DNA of 29,742 nt from a virus (IMGVR_UViG_3300027791_000090:1-29742); one strand, 5' to 3'; positions 16,776 to 26,173 are shown, numbered from the stretch's first letter. Program-made: numbers and translations. Notes: generated from the letters alone by a model not told the origin.

Positions 16776-17892
16776 AGTATACGCAAAAGATTTGGGTGTT
16801 AAAATTGGAGATCCTGTGGTGACAGATCATTTTTTTCCAGGATTGCCCGATAAATACATAACTATTCAAGCATCGAACAAAATGCCAGCGGCAAATTATT
16901 TGTATTGGGATTTGGTGATTGGCTTGATAAAACCTTATCTTGGCGATATAAAAATAGTGCAAGTAGGAGGCTCAGATGACAAGCTAGTAAACGGAATAGA
17001 TTTAACTACCCTAGGTAATTCTTACAAACAAATGAATTACGTTATTAAAAATTCTAAAGCTCATTGTGGTTGCGACAGTCTTCCTTCACATGTTGCCAGC
17101 GTTTATGATATACCTTCAATCTCTTTGCACTTTAATCTTTATAAAGAAAACTCAAAGCCTATCTGGCACAAAAATAATCATTGCATAAGCATTGAGCCAG
17201 ATTTCTCGAAAACAAAACCGTCTTTTTCTAGCAATTGCAATAGAATAAATGAGATTAAGCCAGAACAAATTGCTCAAGCAATCATTAATCAATTGAACAT
17301 TAAAGAAAAAATAAAATTTAAAACCATAAGAGTTGGTTCTTCTTATAACCAAGATCTCGTAGAAATCGTTCCCAACTTTTTTTCTCCGCATCAAGATTTA
17401 ATAAATAAAAATATAAACATCAAATCAGACATCCATTTTGATAAGCAGAATATTGTAAATTGGTGCAGGCATTCAAATGTAAATCTCTTTTTGAGTCGGA
17501 CTATAGATGATGAGACGATTGATGCTTGCACAAACTTAAAACAAGTAGTCTTTAATTATAGCGCCGAACATAAAGACTTAGATCTTACAAATTTTATTAA
17601 AAAATTAAAAAACAACAGAATAAACTTAGTTATCCAGGCCCAAGACGAAAAAATGTTTTCTGATGTTAGTTTTGAATATTTTGACGACAATGTTATTAGA
17701 AAAAACAATGCGGAGCCAACGAATATTCCGAATATAGAATGTAAATTCTTATCTAAAAAGAGATTTATTTCAGAGGGAAATGTATTTAATTCAGAATTTT
17801 CCCATAAAACGCTTGACAATTCTAATAAATTTGTCTATGATGAAGCCTCAAAATTAGAAATAGAAAGTTTATACCTATATGTCGAAGAATAA
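16759..17892 (+). CDS. GT9 (heptosyltransferase-like) C-lobe fused to an unknown domain
   Basis: HIVEVYA, YITIQAS, NYLYW, IVQVGG, CGCDSLPSHVASVYDIPSISL (~ DSGPxHLAxAxxxPxxxL), INEIKPEQI. Confidence 0.75.
   Translation: MSHIVEVYAKDLGVKIGDPVVTDHFFPGLPDKYITIQASNKMPAANYLYWDLVIGLIKPYLGDIKIVQVGGSDDKLVNGIDLTTLGNSYKQMNYVIKNSKAHCGCDSLPSHVASVYDIPSISLHFNLYKENSKPIWHKNNHCISIEPDFSKTKPSFSSNCNRINEIKPEQIAQAIINQLNIKEKIKFKTIRVGSSYNQDLVEIVPNFFSPHQDLINKNINIKSDIHFDKQNIVNWCRHSNVNLFLSRTIDDETIDACTNLKQVVFNYSAEHKDLDLTNFIKKLKNNRINLVIQAQDEKMFSDVSFEYFDDNVIRKNNAEPTNIPNIECKFLSKKRFISEGNVFNSEFSHKTLDNSNKFVYDEASKLEIESLYLYVEE
17813..17841 (+). promoter_or_regulatory. sigma70-like promoter
   Basis: TTGACA(17813-18)-N17-TATGAT(17836-41), upstream of ATG 17879. 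Confidence 0.65.
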
Positions 17893-18619
17893 ATTATATG
17901 GCCCAGATTTGTGGAAACGCAACGAACATGGACTCTTAGAGTCTGTTGAATACGAATTTAATCAAGATGGCTCAGTCAACTGGCGAGCCATGATCAGCCC
18001 AGAGAACTTGTATCCAAATAAGGATCACTTCGAAATGCGCAAGATGCCAGTTCCAAATTCCATTGAAGGCTTGGAAGATAATCAACTACTAATCAAGCTT
18101 GGCGGAATCAAAGAGTTAGCAAAGCTCCGTGGCTTTCATAACTTAACATACGACATTTACGAGTCCTCAGATAATCGCGTAGTAACCCAGTGTATGATCA
18201 ATTGGATTGGCAACTACGAAAGCAATGGCTCGCAAACATTTAGTTCAATAGCTAACGCCACTGTTCACAATACAAATGGATTTGCCGCTAAGTTTCTAGA
18301 ATGTATTGCAGAGAATCGCGCATTCGTTCGCGCTGTTCGCAACTTTCTCGGTATTCATATCGTCGGAGCTGACGAGATTGACTCTTCAAAGAATAAGTCT
18401 CCCATTGTAGCCCCTCCTTCACCCGCTGGAGCGAAGGATATTAGCCCACAGGGCATTTTAAAAGAGAAAGCAGGTACAGACTTCAATTCTTTTGTAACTA
18501 AGCTACGCAAGCTTTACGTGGACGGTAAATACGAGAACGATCCAGAAGTTATCAAGACCTGGAAAGATTACAAAGATGTTCCCGCCAAGGAGTGCCGTAA
18601 GCTTTTGAAGCTTCTATGA
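17879..18619 (+). CDS. Possible Rad52/Sak-like ssDNA-annealing protein
   Basis: IKLGGIKELA helix, three strands, then IAENRAFVRAVRNFLGI..VGADEI, like the AxTxAxxRAxxxxGI motif; Pro-rich linker and small C-terminal domain. Confidence 0.5.
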   Translation: MSKNKLYGPDLWKRNEHGLLESVEYEFNQDGSVNWRAMISPENLYPNKDHFEMRKMPVPNSIEGLEDNQLLIKLGGIKELAKLRGFHNLTYDIYESSDNRVVTQCMINWIGNYESNGSQTFSSIANATVHNTNGFAAKFLECIAENRAFVRAVRNFLGIHIVGADEIDSSKNKSPIVAPPSPAGAKDISPQGILKEKAGTDFNSFVTKLRKLYVDGKYENDPEVIKTWKDYKDVPAKECRKLLKLL

Positions 18620-19062
18620 TTTTTGAAGTAAAAACAGATTCTGAATTACTAGAGCTAAGGGATGTTCTACAGAATTTTTACGAAATATTACCATATGAAA
18701 AAGATTTAAATGGTTTTAAAAAAAATTGGATTCTATCTTGGAAAGAATTAATTAGATCTAAAAAAGGTAAGATATTTGCTTTAGAGGATGAACGAAAAAT
18801 TACAGGGGCTCTGGGCTTTTTAATAAGCCCAGCCCTTGAAGATGGAGTTCTTTGCTGCACTGAAGCCTTTTGGTATGTAGACGAAAAACACAGGGGCGCT
18901 GGATTAAAACTTCTTAACAAATTTGAGTCTTACGCAAAATCCATAGGATGCAAAAGAATAGGTATGGTTCATTTAGAGAATTCAATGCCAGATAAATTAA
19001 AGAAACTATATACTCGAAAAAAATACAAACATATCGAAAGCATGTATTTAAAAGAATTATAA
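18616..19062 (+). CDS. GNAT-family acetyltransferase
   Basis: WYVDEKHRGAGLKLL acetyl-CoA motif, YAKSIGCKRI, KLYTRKKY. Confidence 0.88.
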   Translation: MIFEVKTDSELLELRDVLQNFYEILPYEKDLNGFKKNWILSWKELIRSKKGKIFALEDERKITGALGFLISPALEDGVLCCTEAFWYVDEKHRGAGLKLLNKFESYAKSIGCKRIGMVHLENSMPDKLKKLYTRKKYKHIESMYLKEL

Positions 19063-19953
19063 TTCTCCTATTAAATAACCAGTTCTTATATCATCAGAGT
19101 CTAGCAAGCCAGCAATATCAAATTCTGCGAACTCACTGTTCGCGGGTACAGTAATTTTATTGTCACTTACGGGGAAAGTATCGCTACTAGACTTAATGCT
19201 AATACCGCTTCCAGAAATTGTTACTTCCTCTTGCGTACTTAGTTTAAACATACCGTAGAAATTTACTGGCACTGTATTATCAATTATAATATTAGTTCCT
19301 GTAAATATCTCTACCGTCTGTCCTCTGCCGACAACTATGTCATTTCCATTTGACCTGGTTATTATAAACTCATCTGTATTTATTTTGGTGAAATTTTCAA
19401 AACCACTAAACATTGTTCCACTTGCGGAGGGGGATTGTTCCCCAAACGTTAAATAATCATTAGGTATAACTTTATAAAATATATTTTCCTCTACCCGACC
19501 ATCTATTTCAGTGTCTTTGACATTTATTAGAAACGATGGTTCTCCAGAAACTAAACTAAGAGGAAATTCAGATACCCTATTTGTAAAAAGCACCCTGTCC
19601 GCTTCAAAATTTGACTCATCTCCAGTATAAACATCTACTTTTTTTATATTTTGGATAGCTAGTCCAGTCGCTCCGTTCAAATCTCCAGAAAAAAAAGCTT
19701 TTAAATTTACATTAGCTTCCAAAATCTCTATGGCATCCATAAGTTGCTCGTCTGGCTCTGTTCCAAGAGGCGCAGATAAAAGATTTTTTCCTTGGAATTC
19801 TAATCCAGTAATCGCAAATTCAGGGAACTCTACCTTTAGCCTGCCAGAACCTCTAGTAAAATCATTGGAGTCTTCAGGCCCTCTCACAAGACACTCTACT
19901 ATATAACCAGACGAAGCTGGATGATTACCTATAACTGTTTCATTAAATACCAT
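19057..19953 (-). CDS. Hypothetical tail-associated protein
   Basis: 298-aa acidic, beta-rich ORF directly downstream of gpJ on the same strand. Confidence 0.65.
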   Translation of the reverse strand: MVFNETVIGNHPASSGYIVECLVRGPEDSNDFTRGSGRLKVEFPEFAITGLEFQGKNLLSAPLGTEPDEQLMDAIEILEANVNLKAFFSGDLNGATGLAIQNIKKVDVYTGDESNFEADRVLFTNRVSEFPLSLVSGEPSFLINVKDTEIDGRVEENIFYKVIPNDYLTFGEQSPSASGTMFSGFENFTKINTDEFIITRSNGNDIVVGRGQTVEIFTGTNIIIDNTVPVNFYGMFKLSTQEEVTISGSGISIKSSSDTFPVSDNKITVPANSEFAEFDIAGLLDSDDIRTGYLIGEL

Positions 19954-19972
19954 TTTATTCTTATTCCTCTGC

Positions 19973-22900
19973 TTATGTCGTTATGTTTCCTGTCACCCCT
20001 ATTTGCAAAAAGTTAAAATTAGAGAGTTTGTTTCTATTTATTATGGATTGAGATCTTTCTACAGAGCCGACGATACTACCGCTAGCTGTATTATCGGTAG
20101 AAATGTCTTCAAAATATTTTTCATCCGACACTTCTAATAAAAATTTAGTTCTCTCCTTGTTTTTTTTATTATTTTTAAAAGTATTTGGGCTGTTGAAGTG
20201 AGTGCTTTGAGTTTCTTGTCCAGTTGTTAATCCAATATATTTCATTATATGACCGCTTGTTAAAGAATTTCCAGGCAATTCGGAATTACCTAATATTTTA
20301 AATCCTGTTTGAGCGTCGAAGGGTTCTAAAAGGAAATTTGAAAATGTTGGGGCGGAAGTACCAGGATAACTTTCTTTCTCGATATCTGAAAATACTGGAG
20401 CGCTAGTTGTGACTGATGCTGACGTTTCTCCACCAGTCCAGTTAGAAAGAGTCCATGGTAAATTTTCATTTTCCCCTCCAGACCATGCAATTCTATCGTG
20501 AGAAAGAACTGTATCAAAAGTTGGAGCGCTACTATCCGTTATTGCTCCGTTCGTTATTGTATCCCCTGCGCTCCAAGAGGCCACATTAAATGGATATTGA
20601 CGACCTTGATCGGCAGAGGTCCAAGCAATTCTGTCATGGGAAAGTTTCAATGAGAACACTGGGGAAGAACTATCTGTTATCGTGAGGTCTATTATCGAAG
20701 CGCCACCTGACCAAGTAGCAACATTTCCTGGAAAGTTTACATTTGCTCCACCTGACCAAGCAATTCCATTATAAGATGGACTAGCTGGATCATCATCGGT
20801 TAAGACCCAAGTTGCTCCACTAGTTCTAATTCTTAGTCCAGAGGTTATCGTATTTACAAATAAATCTGCACCCCCAGTATATGTTCCATTGAAGTCCGCT
20901 GGATTGTCCGTCATCCCGCTTCCTACTGCACCCAGAGTAAATCCAGTAAAATAAGTATTAGTTGAATCTTCATCAGTAAGAATCCAATTCACTCCAACTT
21001 TTTTAACTTTTAATCCAGGCACTTGTGTATTCACAAACAAATTATTGTCCCCAGTATATGACCCATCGAAGTCATTTGGATTATTTACCATACCACTGCC
21101 AATTCCATTTACATTAAATCCAGTAATATAACCATTGGCTGGGTCATCGTCAGTAAATACCCAAGTATTATTAGCCCCAGTTTGTTTAAGCCTCAATCCA
21201 GATGTTGCTGTGTTTTGATACAAATCAACGCCTCCAGTATATGTTCCATCGAAGCTATTTGAGTTCTGCGACATTCCAAATCCAATGTTAGCTACAGTAA
21301 ATCCACTATAAACTTCCAATCCAGTCCAAGACGATACATTAGCAGGATGATTTATATTTTCGCCTCCTGACCAAGCTATTGGAGTATTTACATAATTAGT
21401 AGCAGGATCTTCATCTACCAAAATCCAAGTATTATTAGAGCCGCTTGTTTTTATTCTCAATCCGCTATATCTAACATTTTGATAAAAGTCATCAGCTCCA
21501 GTATAGTTTTCATTAAAATTGCCTAGATTTTGTGGCATACCTTGTCCAACGCTATCTACAGTAAATCCAGTAGTTCGTTCTATTATTTGAGTATCTGTTA
21601 TCGCCAATGTACCATCAACATATCCCTTTAAAGATGTGTCTCTAGTGACTTCAACATATAATGCATGTAAATTTCCATCATTTAAAGAAGCTCCCGCAGC
21701 ACCAGTAATAGCTAAATATTCTACTCCATTTAAATTAACATAATTTTTTCCGTCTCCAGATTGAAACCAAGCTATTCCAGTTCCATTGTTATGAGACTCT
21801 AGTAAGTATTGCTTTCCGTCAAGACTTGAGTCAAATTTAGCCCAAGCGAACATTGTAAAATCTTTAGTTCCCACAGTTAAATCAGTTCCAGTTAATAAAA
21901 TATGATTGTTCGCGCCATCGGTTTGACTAGCCCTTATTCCAGTATCAAGTCCGCTTGTAAGCATGTGTTGATAAAGTTTATTTTGATTACCTGTTTCGTG
22001 TACTGCGAAAAACTTGTCCTCTAAATTAGCATCTTCTCCAGATCTTTGGCATAAAACCAAATATTGATCGTGATTAAATCGGCTATCCGTAACCGAAGAT
22101 TCAGAGTTGTTGAATTCATTTAAAATTGGAGTACCAAAAGAATAATCTTCAACGCTATCGGATGCATAATTTAATACCGATATCGGCAAATCACTCGTTG
22201 CCGCATTATTAAACGCTAATTCTTCTGCGGCTATGTAAGCATATTTGCCCGTGCCACTTGCTAATTGATTATTATCCTGAAAAGCTGCAAAATAAAATCC
22301 AGTATTAGACACTCCAGTTATACAAGTTTCGGAGGTATCTCTATCTTTAGCAGTATCCGCCTCCTGCAATTGAATAACAACGGTAGGGATCGTTCCAAAC
22401 GTTCGGTTAAACTCAACAGCCTGGTATCCCGTGCCCACTGTAACCCCAGACCTACTTACAAAATCAATCTCTATTTTTTTACCGTCGACAGTAAAACTTC
22501 CAGTTTGAGAAGCCATATACGTATAATGAGTTTCATTGGGGTTTTCATCAAGCGATTTTACAAAAAATTTCGTCCCATCATTTTTAGTATATTGTCTACC
22601 CAGTGGTCTATAGATGTCGTTAAAAGACCCACTTACTTTTTGTTGGATAAATACAGCTGGAGGTTCGTTAAATTCGCCTTCAAAAAATATATCTTCCCGA
22701 CTGTTGTCGCCTATTGATATTTGAAAACTGTTGACTTCGAAATTGAGCCCTGAAGGTACCCTGTATCTTTCATCACCAGTGTACCCAAACATTTCATTGA
22801 CTTCTGCATTTAATATTGAAAATGAACTATCGTTCGTCAAAGTTTTAAAATTTCCCGATTTTTCATTTCCTTGAAAATCTAATATGTTTATTTCTTGTTG

Positions 22901-25900
22901 CAATACATTTCGCTGTACAGAAAACCCAGAATTTCCAAATATATCTTCAAATTCTAAATCCACAATTGTATTTATAGAGGGATCGTTTTGGATAAAAGAA
23001 TTTTGAGCAACTCCAGTTTCAGCGGCATTGTCGAATGTAGAATTAAAATTTGTTTTAATAGAAATGTTTGAGTATTCAGTAAAAGCCTCCTGATCGCTGA
23101 ATGCAAAAGTATTTATATCGGTAGTAAATTCAACAGTTTTCGATGATAATGATCTAGCGACTGCAGGTGTCGTGTTTTCTGAAAACACGGTTAAAAAGTA
23201 TCTTCCTATCTGATCTATTTTAGAATCTCCACTTAATGTAATTGACGTAGAGGAAGTATTGCTTTTAAAATGCTCGCTAACAATAGTTGTTGAATCAGGC
23301 TCTTCTAAAATAACTATATATTTTTCTGGTACTTTCTCAACGATTGTTGGGTCATTTACTGTAAAATTTATATTTTTAGATCTACCTACGCCATCAGAAA
23401 ATGCTCCCACCACAACGCTATCTGGTTCACTAGGTCTAATAACTGAAGTTAATAGAAGATTTGGCTGAAATGCGCCGCCATCTAAATCAAAAGATGTATT
23501 TTCTTCTACAAATTTAAACTTACCCGTATGATGTATTGTCGCTGATACATTAAATCCTAGATTTTTATCTTCTGATATATTCAAGACTCTATAATACTTT
23601 GGGTCTCTTCCGCTTGAATCAATATTATAAATCGATCCATGCTTTATATTTGCATCTTTTTCTGAGAACCACTGACGGGCCACGCTCTCGCTTCCATTTA
23701 CAAGAGTATCTAGTCCGTTTACAAATACAGCGACACCGCTATCTATAATCTCATAACTAGAACCCAAACCGCCAGGTTTTATTTTTAAAGACATTACTTG
23801 AGGATTATGTATTTCTTTATACAACTCATTATTCGAAGTAGGGTTGCGATAAAAATCTTCAATTCCAGACTTGCCCACTGGATTATATATATGTATATTT
23901 CCACCAGTTACATATTCAGTTAAATCACTACCTATTGCTGGCTCAACTATTATAGCCGATGGCCCCTTTCCATTTGCTGCAGTTCCAGCAACAGCAGCAC
24001 TGTATGCTTCGTCTGGATCGTAATAATCAGTTACTCCACTAGCCCCTAAAACTGTTCCGTAGTTTCGAGTGAAATTTCTCATTTCATCCTCAACCCTTAT
24101 GATATCCCCTGGCTGCACTAAAAGAGCCTCCAATCCAGCATTGAAGGATATTGTTTCCGTAGTGTGTAGCGATTCAAACAAAATATATTTTGCCAATCTA
24201 TGAGCTTGAGCTTTTGAGGTGACTCCGATTCCTTCTACTTGTTTAAAATTTAAACCTACGTGCTTTATAGATTCAGGATCTTCTACATATTCTGTCTGTG
24301 ACGTAAAATTATTTCTTTTATCCAAAAAAGAAACTTCCACGGCAGATAGCTTTGTCGATCTATCTACATCCGCATACGAAAACATTCCATCTTTAACATT
24401 TAAATTATTAAAAATCAAATGAGGGGGAAATTTATGTTCTTTTGGCGCTGTTGAAGTCGTATGTAGGTTATTAAAGTCTTCAAAAAAATACGGTCTGTCT
24501 ACCCTAACAGACACGCAAGAATTATTAAAATATGTCATCGCCCTAAATGATCTAGCTAGGTTTTGTATAGCGTCAAAAGCATCAGTTTGATCTTTCATCA
24601 ATATGTTGCAACTAAATCTAGGCTCAAGACCTCCAAATCCATCATCTAATCCAATAAATCTGCCAGCACCTCCCATATTATTAGTAGTCTTGCTCCCATC
24701 ATTCATTGTAACAGCGTCACAATACATACCTATTTCATACAGAGTCCATTTATCTATGATATCTACATCTTGCAGATAAGATCCTAAACCATACCTTTTG
24801 TTTGTTAAAAGATCATAATATATCCAAGCTGGATTATCCGACCATTCATATTTAAAAGTTCCATCCCAGTTGCCATTATAGATTAAATTCCCCCTTGTCG
24901 TCGTTGTGTCAGACGCTCCATTCCAAAATCTAAGATCAGTCCCGTCAGCTTGTATCGGACTATAATTACTAGGTATCTTTATTTTTTTGCCTTTGACTCT
25001 GAATGTCCTAGATGGAATTTGTGGATGATACTGAGAATCTATTTGACTAGCTACATAACAACTTCCAGGATAGTAAAAGGTATCTAGATATTTTTCTGTT
25101 ACTGTTGCAACGCCCCCATTTCTGTTAACTAGATTAGAAACTGTTTCGTGTTCTACCTTGCCTATTTCTATAAAATTATATAAATCGGTGTCAGATAATT
25201 GAGGCAAAGTAATATCTTCTAAAGTTACTGTGTATGGCGCTGTAATAATTCCCCTGACCGATAGCTTTCCATTTCCATTTCCAACTGTTTTGCCCTTTCC
25301 TGGCCTAACTGTAAAAACCGCCGCCTCCTCTGTTATGGTGCCATCTTTATCTGACTTTCCGACCTTAGCCGTAAAGGTTATTGTTAATGGCATGGGCGTT
25401 CCCATTTTACTTTTGCCCGCTTCATTTTCACTTTTGGTAGAATATGATCTTGTGTCACTTAGCCCGTCTATTTGTAAGCCTATATCTACCTTATCTATAT
25501 CTTTATCATAATTTGTATATGTAAATGGTTTAGCGGCGCTTTCTATTGGATGATATTTTTGCCAAGTAACGAAGTCTCTCGCTGAAGTGCCTTCAGTTCT
25601 TACATCCCTACTTCCTTTACCTGTTCTTGCGCCATTTAGAGAAACATTAACTGTATACGTCTCAGTCTTCGTTTCATATCCCCTGTACCATTTCCATGTC
25701 CTCACCGTCCTCGTCCGCGTTTCATATTGAGCAGACATATTATACGGCCCTTTAATTGGAGAAGATAACTTCTTTAACCTAGTTGGGTGTTTTGTTATAA
25801 CGGAAGCTGTCTGTAAAATTTTTCCGCTTTTAAATTCAATGTCGTACTTGGAATGAGTCGAATTTCCCGCGGAGTCTCTTAGTGCCGTTTCATTAAAGTA

Positions 25901-26173
25901 AATTCCTTGGTCAATGGGTAATGTAGTACCTCCAATAACATTTTGTTCTTTATTGAAGGTTTTCTGAACCCTTGAACCGCCAGTTAAAATTTTTCCTTCT
26001 TGGCTAACTAGACCTGCGACCTCACCTTCACATATCAAATCTACCGCCTCGTATATCTGATAACCCTGCTTGGCAGCAGTCGCGTCTGGCGGCATCAAGT
26101 AAGAAGGCGAAGCTCCCTTACTCCTACCAGCTATAACTATCTTTTTCTTAAATATGCTTTTGTAAAAACCCAT
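19973..26173 (-). CDS. Tail tip / host-specificity protein, lambda gpJ-like, with lectin-like C-terminus
   Basis: DLICEGEVAGL, YYPGS, VKGKKIKIPSNY, WDGTFK..WSDNPAWIYYDLLTN.RYGLG, IDKWTLYEIGMYCD, EPRFSCN, GVTSKAQAHRLAKY, QPGDIIRV; then FN3-like, lectin-like and LamG domains. Confidence 0.92.
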   Translation of the reverse strand: MGFYKSIFKKKIVIAGRSKGASPSYLMPPDATAAKQGYQIYEAVDLICEGEVAGLVSQEGKILTGGSRVQKTFNKEQNVIGGTTLPIDQGIYFNETALRDSAGNSTHSKYDIEFKSGKILQTASVITKHPTRLKKLSSPIKGPYNMSAQYETRTRTVRTWKWYRGYETKTETYTVNVSLNGARTGKGSRDVRTEGTSARDFVTWQKYHPIESAAKPFTYTNYDKDIDKVDIGLQIDGLSDTRSYSTKSENEAGKSKMGTPMPLTITFTAKVGKSDKDGTITEEAAVFTVRPGKGKTVGNGNGKLSVRGIITAPYTVTLEDITLPQLSDTDLYNFIEIGKVEHETVSNLVNRNGGVATVTEKYLDTFYYPGSCYVASQIDSQYHPQIPSRTFRVKGKKIKIPSNYSPIQADGTDLRFWNGASDTTTTRGNLIYNGNWDGTFKYEWSDNPAWIYYDLLTNKRYGLGSYLQDVDIIDKWTLYEIGMYCDAVTMNDGSKTTNNMGGAGRFIGLDDGFGGLEPRFSCNILMKDQTDAFDAIQNLARSFRAMTYFNNSCVSVRVDRPYFFEDFNNLHTTSTAPKEHKFPPHLIFNNLNVKDGMFSYADVDRSTKLSAVEVSFLDKRNNFTSQTEYVEDPESIKHVGLNFKQVEGIGVTSKAQAHRLAKYILFESLHTTETISFNAGLEALLVQPGDIIRVEDEMRNFTRNYGTVLGASGVTDYYDPDEAYSAAVAGTAANGKGPSAIIVEPAIGSDLTEYVTGGNIHIYNPVGKSGIEDFYRNPTSNNELYKEIHNPQVMSLKIKPGGLGSSYEIIDSGVAVFVNGLDTLVNGSESVARQWFSEKDANIKHGSIYNIDSSGRDPKYYRVLNISEDKNLGFNVSATIHHTGKFKFVEENTSFDLDGGAFQPNLLLTSVIRPSEPDSVVVGAFSDGVGRSKNINFTVNDPTIVEKVPEKYIVILEEPDSTTIVSEHFKSNTSSTSITLSGDSKIDQIGRYFLTVFSENTTPAVARSLSSKTVEFTTDINTFAFSDQEAFTEYSNISIKTNFNSTFDNAAETGVAQNSFIQNDPSINTIVDLEFEDIFGNSGFSVQRNVLQQEINILDFQGNEKSGNFKTLTNDSSFSILNAEVNEMFGYTGDERYRVPSGLNFEVNSFQISIGDNSREDIFFEGEFNEPPAVFIQQKVSGSFNDIYRPLGRQYTKNDGTKFFVKSLDENPNETHYTYMASQTGSFTVDGKKIEIDFVSRSGVTVGTGYQAVEFNRTFGTIPTVVIQLQEADTAKDRDTSETCITGVSNTGFYFAAFQDNNQLASGTGKYAYIAAEELAFNNAATSDLPISVLNYASDSVEDYSFGTPILNEFNNSESSVTDSRFNHDQYLVLCQRSGEDANLEDKFFAVHETGNQNKLYQHMLTSGLDTGIRASQTDGANNHILLTGTDLTVGTKDFTMFAWAKFDSSLDGKQYLLESHNNGTGIAWFQSGDGKNYVNLNGVEYLAITGAAGASLNDGNLHALYVEVTRDTSLKGYVDGTLAITDTQIIERTTGFTVDSVGQGMPQNLGNFNENYTGADDFYQNVRYSGLRIKTSGSNNTWILVDEDPATNYVNTPIAWSGGENINHPANVSSWTGLEVYSGFTVANIGFGMSQNSNSFDGTYTGGVDLYQNTATSGLRLKQTGANNTWVFTDDDPANGYITGFNVNGIGSGMVNNPNDFDGSYTGDNNLFVNTQVPGLKVKKVGVNWILTDEDSTNTYFTGFTLGAVGSGMTDNPADFNGTYTGGADLFVNTITSGLRIRTSGATWVLTDDDPASPSYNGIAWSGGANVNFPGNVATWSGGASIIDLTITDSSSPVFSLKLSHDRIAWTSADQGRQYPFNVASWSAGDTITNGAITDSSAPTFDTVLSHDRIAWSGGENENLPWTLSNWTGGETSASVTTSAPVFSDIEKESYPGTSAPTFSNFLLEPFDAQTGFKILGNSELPGNSLTSGHIMKYIGLTTGQETQSTHFNSPNTFKNNKKNKERTKFLLEVSDEKYFEDISTDNTASGSIVGSVERSQSIINRNKLSNFNFLQIGVTGNITT
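20340..21571 (-). repeat. Four diverged copies of a roughly 100-aa domain, nested within gpJ
   Basis: Four A segments ([TS]GF..G.GM..F...YTG...N...GL....W..D[DE]D), four B segments (IAW...P....W.G) and four C segments (S[AS]P.F), in non-tandem order. Confidence 0.85.

Noticed and set aside
20340-21571. Diversity-generating retroelement TR/VR pair or CRISPR-like repeats
   Set aside because: The repeats are in-frame and diverged at all bases rather than only at adenines, and there is no reverse transcriptase in the window.
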